Shown here in pieces: positions 56,149 to 64,000 of a stretch of DNA of 64,000 nt (position 1 is its first letter; every line of letters starts with the position of its first letter). The translations under genes and the position numbers were made by a program. The stretch comes from Nanobdellota archaeon (GTDB lineage: Archaea; Nanobdellota; Nanobdellia; Parvarchaeales; Parvarchaeaceae): the NCBI GenBank assembly GCA_021800365.1, contig JAJYZA010000002.1, positions 33,187 through 97,186 on the forward strand, written 5' to 3'. The notes beneath the pieces were generated by a model. That model searched no databases. It saw only the letters and a list, made by a program, of their open reading frames with translations, and was not told where the DNA came from.

Positions 56149-56375
56149 CTTCTTTAAACATTTAGGTGTCTTGTATTAAGAAAGTGCGTCGGTTCTGCAT
56201 TCGCAATTCTCGTACCGGTTACTTTGACGCTGTAGGTCTAAGTAAAATATAAACGAAGGGAAGGCGATAAAATTATATGGTAGATGAAAATAAACATTTA
56301 CACGAGTATCAAGCAGAAAAGAAAGTAGCGAAATTAAAAATTCAATCCATAAAAAGAAGAAAATTATTATAATAT

Positions 56376-58031
56376 ATGACCCACAATAGGTTGAGAGCCG
56401 TATCTCTTACTCTTAGCATCGCAGCAATTGCATTGATCTTGGCAAGCCTATTTTTATCACCAGGTACTTCAAGATTTCTACAAAGCATAAATCTGAACCA
56501 CGCATCATCGGTTTTTTCTTCGTCATCGCTCAGCATTTCTCTACAGTCCATAAAAAACTCTACCGTAGTTATCAATGGATACGTAAGCGGAGCAGTCTAT
56601 CTTGTATGGAACTGGGGAGATGGCCAAACTACTACCGGCGTTTTCCCACAGACGCATACCTATTTGAGAACTGGCTCTTACAACATAACGGTTAGTGCTT
56701 ACAACAATGGAAGTTGTGCACCATACGCAGTTAGTTCGATTATAGTGAATGTATCTGAATTAACTAGTGCTCTACCTGAAAATAAAAGTGGAGCTTCGTA
56801 CCCCTACTCAATAAACTATGTCGCCTATCAAAAAGTCCCAGCAAGTGGAACAAAGACCCTCTTTTTTAGTACTGTAAAGTCTCCTTCGGGTCTAAGTTTT
56901 GGCGTGTATAATGGGACAGCTCAAATCACAGTCTCGCAGGGCAGTAAGGCGTTGTACAATTCTACTCTTAACGGCGGTCCATTCAATTATATAATTACAA
57001 AAGGTGGGCCCAGTTTTGGTTATGTGAACCTAAATTCTACAGGGTGCGTGGATCTTCAGGTAAAAAATATAGGTGAACCAGGTGCACTGTTTGCATATAA
57101 TGTGTACAATTACAGCATAACTAATGCTACGGCATCCCTTATAATGTATCCTCCACAATTCGCAGTAAATATAGGCCCAATCCAGACTCCGCAGAACACC
57201 GGCATGTCATTTTTGCTGAGAGCACCCGTCTACTCGAGACCTACCCCACTAGCAATATGGATAGGGGAAGGGTTTTATGGAGATGGAAAGACCTGGTGGG
57301 CGCAGATAGGATTCAATAACTGGAGAGGAAATTATATGGTCTCGTATGCCGGTTGGGGTATCTTCTCAAATATATTCGGTAACCCGGGAGGTGCGGATTT
57401 TAATTATTCTCTGATTCCGGGTGATGTATACAACTTCACTATGGTTCTTATAGGTAACACGACATGGGCTTTTTTGGTCAATGGCACAAAGATAGTGGAA
57501 AGCAACTTAACTGGGTACTTTAATACAACGACATATATAGCAAACTATGGTGCAGATTTAGGCTTAGAAACCTTAACGGCGGCCACGGATAGTGTCGATA
57601 TAACAAATGAGATTCTAATACCATTAACGATGGAGTTTAAAGTCAATGGAACGTGGACTAAGCCGACATCCTTGAGAGTTACTTCGATAGGCGAAAATTG
57701 GTGGAATGGGGTTGCAACAGCATCCAACGGCATTGCGCTATGGGGCATAAATGGTAACATTCAAAATAGTTCTATACCCTCCGGAGCTCTGTATTTTAAT
57801 GACTCTTTAGGGCAAGTTTCTTCCGTTACCTTCTATAATAATTCAATACAGCAAAATCTCAACTCTTCTATAAATAGAAGTAACTCTAAGAGTACTAATT
57901 CTTCTTATAAAAATTCTGCGCCTGGGAATACAATCTCATCTACTATTATTTATGTCTCCTTCGGAGTCTCGATTATTATTGTCACTCTGCTAATTTATTT
58001 CTATTTAAAGAAACGTTATACGCCTTCTTAA
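56376..58031 (+). CDS. Cell-surface glycoprotein-like protein with a PKD domain and a C-terminal TM anchor.
   Basis: It has an N-terminal signal anchor. The WNWGDGQTTTGVFPQTHTYLRTGSYNITVSAYNN segment matches the PKD signature (WDFGDG...HTY..G.Y.V.L.V). It has many NxS/T sequons and ends with a hydrophobic helix plus KKRYTPS. Confidence 0.5.
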   Translation: MTHNRLRAVSLTLSIAAIALILASLFLSPGTSRFLQSINLNHASSVFSSSSLSISLQSIKNSTVVINGYVSGAVYLVWNWGDGQTTTGVFPQTHTYLRTGSYNITVSAYNNGSCAPYAVSSIIVNVSELTSALPENKSGASYPYSINYVAYQKVPASGTKTLFFSTVKSPSGLSFGVYNGTAQITVSQGSKALYNSTLNGGPFNYIITKGGPSFGYVNLNSTGCVDLQVKNIGEPGALFAYNVYNYSITNATASLIMYPPQFAVNIGPIQTPQNTGMSFLLRAPVYSRPTPLAIWIGEGFYGDGKTWWAQIGFNNWRGNYMVSYAGWGIFSNIFGNPGGADFNYSLIPGDVYNFTMVLIGNTTWAFLVNGTKIVESNLTGYFNTTTYIANYGADLGLETLTAATDSVDITNEILIPLTMEFKVNGTWTKPTSLRVTSIGENWWNGVATASNGIALWGINGNIQNSSIPSGALYFNDSLGQVSSVTFYNNSIQQNLNSSINRSNSKSTNSSYKNSAPGNTISSTIIYVSFGVSIIIVTLLIYFYLKKRYTPS

Positions 58032-58269
58032 ATAGTACACAGAGCATTCGCTCGATTTATCTCTTATTAAAATCTATATGTAATCGAATTATGCATCGCC
58101 CAGATAATTTGGACAGACAGTAAAAGACTAACGAAAATGGGAAGTATAATGATGATATCGTTGCACGGATAAAGATAATTACTAAATTGAAATTTAAGGC
58201 GGGTGTAAAATATCAATATAACCCACGTCAATGCACAATTATTAATATGCATATTATAATTATAGTTGT

Positions 58270-59334
58270 ATGAAAGGGGTAATCTTAAGTATCATAGGCA
58301 TCGTGGTTGTATCAGTCATTCTAATATCTTCTCTTTATGCTTTTAGGATTATAGGTCCACAAAATAGCAATAATGGGCAGGGTAGCAACGTAAATGGTGG
58401 TAATTCTAGGATGTCTGCAGTACTTGCTTACGTTGTAAATTCCGGTTCTAGCAACAGCCTTAATGGCTCTGTTTCCGTAATAAATACAACGACAAATAAT
58501 GTTATAGCAACTATAGGTGTTGGTTACTATCCCGTTGCCATCGCTGTAACTCCTAATGGTAACTATGCATACGTTGTGAACGAAGGAGGCACCATCTCGG
58601 TCATAAATACCGCCACTAATAGCGTTACAGCAACTATAAGAGTTGGTGGTGATCCTACCGGCATAGCCATAACACCAGATGGTAAATACGCTTATGTCGC
58701 AACCCAAGATCTTGGAAAAGTCACGGTAATAAACACTTCTACTAATACACCAATTTATAATATAAGTGTAGACTCGGCTCCCGTCGGTATAGCGATAACG
58801 CCGAATGGTAAATATGCATACGTGACTGATTCCATAACGAACAAATTGACGGTTATAAATATCAGTACAAATAAGGTTGTTACTAACGTTAGTATTAACG
58901 GTATAGCATCAACAATGTATAATCTCGCTATAACACCGAATGGAAAATACGTATATGTACCGAATAATTTTGCTGGCGGGCTCGTATTTGTTATAAATAC
59001 GGCTACAAACACCGAGACAGCAAACATAAGTATAGATATCGCTAATGAAAGTAGTTATCCTGTAGATACCGCGATAACGCCAAACGGACGGTATGTTTAT
59101 GTCACGGATTCTGGGGCGGCTTCCGTATCAGTTATAAATACAACAACCAATTCCATCACCGCGGTGATAAATGTTGGTATAGCTCCTATGGGGATAGCAA
59201 TAACGCCAAATGGAGAATACGCGTACGTTACAAACTCCGAAAGAGATACTGTCTCAGTTATAAACACTGCAACTAACACTGTAGTAACCAATATAACTGT
59301 TGGTGCATTTCCTTTGCGTATTGCGATGACTTGA
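58270..59334 (+). CDS. Secreted 7-bladed beta-propeller protein made of YVTN-family 40-residue repeats.
   Basis: An N-terminal signal anchor is followed by seven repeats of about 42 aa of the type YAYV.N....TVSVINT.TN.V...I.VG..P.GIAITPNGKY. Confidence 0.6.
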   Translation: MKGVILSIIGIVVVSVILISSLYAFRIIGPQNSNNGQGSNVNGGNSRMSAVLAYVVNSGSSNSLNGSVSVINTTTNNVIATIGVGYYPVAIAVTPNGNYAYVVNEGGTISVINTATNSVTATIRVGGDPTGIAITPDGKYAYVATQDLGKVTVINTSTNTPIYNISVDSAPVGIAITPNGKYAYVTDSITNKLTVINISTNKVVTNVSINGIASTMYNLAITPNGKYVYVPNNFAGGLVFVINTATNTETANISIDIANESSYPVDTAITPNGRYVYVTDSGAASVSVINTTTNSITAVINVGIAPMGIAITPNGEYAYVTNSERDTVSVINTATNTVVTNITVGAFPLRIAMT

Positions 59335-59468
59335 GCTAAATCTCAATAACTTCCAGCAAATTTATGTCCTAGAAATGATTAAAAATACAAATATGGTAAA
59401 GAGAAGGATACCATTAAAACTAATAATTTTACAGAAAAGTTTAATATCTCAAATCGTATAATTGTATT

Positions 59469-60641
59469 ATGTTCAAAGAAATCAGCGACCTAAGACACTT
59501 TAGGAATTTTTCAAAGGTAATACTGCCGATTTCAGTAGCTTTTTTTATCTATACTTTTGGATGGGGAGTGGTGTCGCCGATGTTCTCTATCTTTGTAAAT
59601 AACATAACAAAAAGCGTTTTTGTTACTGGGGTCATCTTGTCTATAACGACCCTTTTTGGTGTATTTCTCAACATCCCGTTTATGGTCGTGATAGATCGAT
59701 TCAACATGAAGCGCGTGCTCCAGCTAGTGCTTTTGGCATATGTTGGCTTCGCGCTTTTGTATCCTATAGCAAACAATACTCTCTCATTGGTGCTTGTGAG
59801 CATCGGGCGTGGCATCGCATCCTCTTTTCTTTGGTTGACTTCGTGGTCATATGTGTTTAATTTTGCGAATAAGAAGGTGCGCGGAAAAGAAAGTGGCTTT
59901 TTCTCCAGTATGAACGACTTCGCTTCGGGAGTCGCGCCACTGATAGGCGGCTTTACGACCTTAGTGGCTTTTCTTTTTCCTTTTTATATACTGGCGATGA
60001 CAAGCTTCGTTGCTTTTATCGTCGTCTCACTATTCGTACACAATTCTCCGAGGATAAAGAAAGCCCCTCTCCGTAGCCAGTTCACCGCACTCTTGAGAAA
60101 CATGAAAAAGCTGAATTTCTTGAAGACGATGCTCCTTGTTGTGACATTCTATGCATTGATAAACATCTTTTACTCGTTTATTGCAATATTCTTGAATTTT
60201 GAGGGAATGTCCATTTTTTATATAGGCATCATACTTACGGCAGCCCTTTTACCAGCTGTAGCATTAGAAGTGCCCATCGGGAATCTTGTCGACAAACATG
60301 GCGTTAGAAAGGTTCTGTCGCTAGCCGCGATATTTACAGCAGCCACAGGGATCATGTTCACGCTGTCTAGCAATATATTTTATGTCATCACCTTCATACT
60401 AACGTTCACGATTGCTTATACGACCATATTCATAGCTCTTTATTCGCGCATGTCCGATCTTATAAAAAAGGAAGGCATAACGTTGATGGGGTCCATAGCG
60501 ACCATAAAGGACCTTGGATACACGATAGGGCCTTTAATGGGTGGATGGTTGATAGGTGCCATAAGTATAGGACCCGCATTTATGGTCGTCGGTGCTGCGT
60601 TTATGGTCCTTGCACCAATCGCTCTTACCTTACACGACTAA
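59469..60641 (+). CDS. Major facilitator superfamily transporter.
   Basis: It is 390 aa with about 12 TM helices and a basic loop between TM2 and TM3 (DRFNMKR). Confidence 0.6.
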   Translation: MFKEISDLRHFRNFSKVILPISVAFFIYTFGWGVVSPMFSIFVNNITKSVFVTGVILSITTLFGVFLNIPFMVVIDRFNMKRVLQLVLLAYVGFALLYPIANNTLSLVLVSIGRGIASSFLWLTSWSYVFNFANKKVRGKESGFFSSMNDFASGVAPLIGGFTTLVAFLFPFYILAMTSFVAFIVVSLFVHNSPRIKKAPLRSQFTALLRNMKKLNFLKTMLLVVTFYALINIFYSFIAIFLNFEGMSIFYIGIILTAALLPAVALEVPIGNLVDKHGVRKVLSLAAIFTAATGIMFTLSSNIFYVITFILTFTIAYTTIFIALYSRMSDLIKKEGITLMGSIATIKDLGYTIGPLMGGWLIGAISIGPAFMVVGAAFMVLAPIALTLHD

Positions 60642-60729
60642 AAATTTATAAAAGAAGGGAAGATGATAAAATCACGCCGCAAAGAAAAATAAACGTTTAT
60701 GCAAGTATCCACGGGTTTCCTTCGCAGTA

Positions 60730-61005
60730 TCAAACATTTAAAATCTTTAAAAGGCTTTTTGTATGTTCTATCACTTTTTTACCTTTTTCAGTGGTCTTAT
60801 ATGCTATTACTCGTCTACCTGTTTTAGATCTTATTATTATTTCTTGTATACTTCCTACTGTTACTAACTCGTCCAGTCGTTTGGAAATTGTTGCCGGGCT
60901 AAGTCTTTTTTCCTTGATTACTATTTTTGTAAAATCATTGAATGACTTGGCTTCGCCGTATGCAGCTAGCTCTAGGATCTCTAGCATCCCCCTCGTGATA
61001 ATCAT
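60730..61005 (-). CDS. Winged-helix transcriptional regulator.
   Basis: It is 91 aa with a helix-turn-helix-like TKIVIKEKRLSPATISKRLDELVTVGSI segment. Confidence 0.4.
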   Translation of the reverse strand: MIITRGMLEILELAAYGEAKSFNDFTKIVIKEKRLSPATISKRLDELVTVGSIQEIIIRSKTGRRVIAYKTTEKGKKVIEHTKSLLKILNV

Positions 61006-61515
61006 ATTAGCTAGGGGTATTGATAGTATATAATACTTTACCTTTTTAAAGTTTATTTACTAAACTAAAGCTTTATATACTAAGAAGAACTAGTATACAT
61101 TAGGAGGAGATACATATGAACAAAAAAATAATGGAATTAACACATTTTAAGATTCCAGTAAGGAATCCCGAAAGAGAACTAAAATTCTATAAATAAGTGT
61201 ACGGTTGGAAATTATAAAATCCCGACTGGACACGCAGTAGAAAAAATCAGGAGTAGTAGAAGAGAAATCAAGTAACATAAGAGCGGACTAAAATGAGGCT
61301 TATGCGCCCCGTCCGTTCTTACGTAAAATTTATAATAATTTTATTAAACTTTTAGGTTTTATACTGTCTTTGCAATGGTTTGATCACTAGTGGTCTCTTC
61401 CAATTTATATTATTACATATTATACCATTAAAAGCTTGGTTTTGAGATTAAAGTATAAACGTTTAAACGTGTCTCTTGAGATAGCTACGACTTTTAGTGG
61501 ATGTGGTGCAATAAG

Positions 61516-62715
61516 TTATGTAGCTGAATTTGTGCGCATACGCCTTTGCGGTTCGTTATGCTTAGTTTTAAATTTCGGCTTTACAAAAACTGGGAATGTA
61601 AGTGATAGAATTATTGTGCCAAAGATTATTATTGAGTATATAGGTATGTTTATTAAACCCTCACTTAATGCAACCGTTGCAATCACGACGCCAACGGCGC
61701 CTCGCCCCCCGAGTATGGACATTGCACTCTCGGGTTTAAGTGATTTAAACGATCTTTTACTAAGAGAATTAATAAACAGGCTACTGAAGAGGGCACTAGT
61801 AAGGACCAGCGCTACTAGGATAATTATATAATCAAATCCAGGCAGTTGAATTGCTAATCCAGCTATACTGAAAAATAACGGTATAAAGAAACTTGTATTA
61901 ATTCTTCTAAACGTGCGTACTAAAGTTCTAAACACGGCCTTTCCGACAATAAATTCTTCAATTAGCATACCAGAAAAAAAAGCGCCCAATACGAACGTTA
62001 TTCCTATGACTTGCAGAAAGGAGGATATGATAAGACCGAGGATTATTATTATCGCAAATATAGTGGTTTCTCCGTTCTTTTTCTTGTTTAAGTCCGCAAA
62101 AAAGCGATTTACTCCCCTATAATGACGCCTCAGCAGTCCGGCCGTTAATAAAATAGAGATAATGAAAACGGTTATTATCATCACCAAAAGTAATATAAGA
62201 TATGGATTAAACGAATCGTATACCGCGGCAAGAGTTATGAAAGCGAGCATGTCAGAAATTACCACACTGGATAGCAGTTTATCACCATCTTCCGTGCCTA
62301 AAAGCGAGTAGTGTGTTAGGAGAACCGATACTATCGATATAGAAGGTACGGCTATCCCTATTGAAACTATTATCGCGGGAGCTAAGGGGATTCCAAAAAA
62401 CAAATAAGAGATCACGAACATCGCAATTGCTGGAATTATAAAACTGTTCACGGACAACGCAAGACTTTTGGATGAATGGGACGTAAGAGTCTTAGAAGTC
62501 ACTTCTAGTCCTAGCAGCAAGACTATGAAAAAGAGTGCCATCTCCGAAATAGCCGAAAGAGAATCACTTGGTTGGACTATACCAAATACGGCCGGCCCTA
62601 TTATAACCCCACTTAATATCTGCCCTACCACTTCTGGAAGCCCGAATCTTTCAAAAATCGCACCAACAATTATACTAGATGCCAGAAGTATGAGTATTGA
62701 AATTATTAGTTCCAT
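61516..62715 (-). CDS. Cation:proton antiporter (CPA2/Kef-type Na+/H+ exchanger family).
   Basis: The N-terminal region IFERFGLPEVVGQILSGVIIGPAVFGIV is typical of the CPA2 family. It is 399 aa with about 11-12 TM helices. Confidence 0.65.
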   Translation of the reverse strand: MELIISILILLASSIIVGAIFERFGLPEVVGQILSGVIIGPAVFGIVQPSDSLSAISEMALFFIVLLLGLEVTSKTLTSHSSKSLALSVNSFIIPAIAMFVISYLFFGIPLAPAIIVSIGIAVPSISIVSVLLTHYSLLGTEDGDKLLSSVVISDMLAFITLAAVYDSFNPYLILLLVMIITVFIISILLTAGLLRRHYRGVNRFFADLNKKKNGETTIFAIIIILGLIISSFLQVIGITFVLGAFFSGMLIEEFIVGKAVFRTLVRTFRRINTSFFIPLFFSIAGLAIQLPGFDYIIILVALVLTSALFSSLFINSLSKRSFKSLKPESAMSILGGRGAVGVVIATVALSEGLINIPIYSIIIFGTIILSLTFPVFVKPKFKTKHNEPQRRMRTNSAT

Positions 62716-62973
62716 CTATTTTTAAGGCAGAGATCTCTTATAAATCTCTTCCATAAAAACAAGTTAAAGCAAGTCTTTCTTTCTCTTTTCTTCCACTAAT
62801 CTCTTTCTCCGTAACTAAAAAAGAATAAAATAAGGAAGGGCGATTAGACTAAATTTTAAATGCTTCCATATTTTATTTATAACTAAACCTTATTTTGTAT
62901 TCTTTATCTGTTACGCTGACTTAAAAGATACAAAGCTTAAATTATACAACTTTTATTAGATATTATTCTATGT

Positions 62974-63756
62974 ATGCAAAAATACAAAGTAAAAAGTTTT
63001 AAAGCGGCCACCTCACACAACAATGTAAAACTTGCTATACTGGTCGCTGGCATTCTACTACTATCTGCATTTAACCTCGTTATCACGAGCATGGGCGGAG
63101 GAACTGCAACGCCGGGATTCCTACTCGGCATCGCGGCCATCGGCGGCATCCTTCTCACCGCAATTGGCTTTATCATTTCTTTCAGTCGCGCTAAAGCCGG
63201 CTCCGCAGCCGGGCTCGGAGGGCTGGCGCTCTTACTTATCGGCATCATAGTACTTTCTCCCTCGTCTGGCGGAAGTGGTCCGGGTTATCAGGGGATTATA
63301 CTTATTGGAAGCTTTATGATTGTATCTTTGGGCTGCGGATTGGTCCTTCGGAGAGAGCTCTTCGCCCCCTTTCAAAAGAAACCGGAACCGCATCGTAAGA
63401 CTTCTATCGCGGTCCTGACTTTTGGGATGCTCCTGACATTCATTGTCACCTTTTTTCCCTATGCGAATCTCGTTGGCAATGCTCTTACAGCCATCATCCT
63501 CCTTATCTCCGCCGTGACTATGATCCCCATTATCGGGTTCCTTATCGATTTCCGTTACCATATTGGCGCTACGGTCTTGGGCTTAGTCGCCATAATTGTA
63601 GCTTCGTTTGGCTACATTTTCCTTACGGGACTCCTACCCATCGGCTCATCGAATCCCTCGGCGATCGGTATTCCAGACGCCGTCAATCTCGTGGCGCAGA
63701 TGTGGGCGTTCGTGGCCTACGGGATGGTTCTTGGAATGCGCGTAAACAAAGGATAA
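62974..63756 (+). CDS. GC-rich polytopic membrane protein of unknown function.
   Basis: It is 260 aa and Gly/Ala/Leu-rich. The gene body is about 55-60% GC, against about 36-38% elsewhere. An alternative start lies at the internal MGGGTATPGF. Confidence 0.4.
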   Translation: MQKYKVKSFKAATSHNNVKLAILVAGILLLSAFNLVITSMGGGTATPGFLLGIAAIGGILLTAIGFIISFSRAKAGSAAGLGGLALLLIGIIVLSPSSGGSGPGYQGIILIGSFMIVSLGCGLVLRRELFAPFQKKPEPHRKTSIAVLTFGMLLTFIVTFFPYANLVGNALTAIILLISAVTMIPIIGFLIDFRYHIGATVLGLVAIIVASFGYIFLTGLLPIGSSNPSAIGIPDAVNLVAQMWAFVAYGMVLGMRVNKG

Positions 63757-64000
63757 AATAAATGAAGACGATTTTTTTATTTATAATTGCAAATATCTTG
63801 CTTTATGTGTAGGCAGATTTTCAAACAATAAATCGCTGTAAGAAATATATCCTTGGAGTTTGAGAGCTTATAATATCTACTGGTTATAAAAGATACAATT
63901 ATGCCGCAGAGGTCAATAACTACCCATGCTCGCCTTAGCCGCTATTATCAGAGAGAAATCATCAAGATACCAAGTAGGAGTGTGACTATAAGGAAAGCGA

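Noticed and set aside
56277-56372. A 31-codon ORF (MVDENKHLHEYQAEKKVAKLKIQSIKRRKLL) upstream of the PKD protein gene.
   Set aside because: It has no ribosome-binding site or conservation evidence. It is plausible as chance in AT-rich DNA.
62937-63561. ORFs 62937-63248 (-), 63032-63250 (+) and 63232-63561 (-).
   Set aside because: They arise because the region is GC-rich and therefore stop-poor. The Pro/Arg/Ala-rich translations are typical of out-of-frame reads of a high-GC gene. The in-frame membrane protein 62974-63756 is preferred.
1-64000. CRISPR arrays, rRNA genes, integrases and transposases.
   Set aside because: No regularly spaced direct repeats were seen. No rRNA-like conserved stretches were seen. 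No DDE or tyrosine-recombinase motifs were recognised in any ORF.

Overview
This looks like a low-GC (about 36-38%) archaeal chromosomal segment that is densely coded on both strands. It has archaeal translation and information-processing hallmarks and four tRNA genes. It also carries several archaeal type IV pilin-like genes with class III signal peptides. The hallmarks are ABCE1, the S6e-aIF2gamma-PIN cluster, Alba, GatD/GatE, two FtsZ paralogs, SecE, uS2-enolase, and ValRS/ThrRS. The four tRNAs are Ser-GGA, Pro with an AGG-type loop, Val-TAC and Lys-CTT. I found no rRNA, no CRISPR array and no integrase or transposase. The most unusual loci are listed below.
- A four-gene operon at 18400-21322 encodes two degenerate KaiC/RecA-like domains, an MglA-like small GTPase fused to one of them, and a Roadblock/LC7 (MglB-like) protein. 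Pilin-like and secreted-protein genes lie immediately upstream.
- An endonuclease-IV-like TIM-barrel protein at 13851-15536 carries a roughly 250-aa coiled-coil insertion and a Gly-rich tail. It is translationally coupled to a KNTase/MNT-like nucleotidyltransferase.
- A tRNA-Val to tRNA-Lys bracketed island at 37648-41353 encodes a 729-aa protein with a Lon-protease-like C-terminal domain and two membrane proteins.
- A 25-aa micro-ORF at 29278-29355 ends in CNCGCGCC.
- A GC-rich membrane-protein gene at the right edge (62974-63756) looks horizontally acquired.
All calls are from reading the sequence and translations by eye. No database searches were run.
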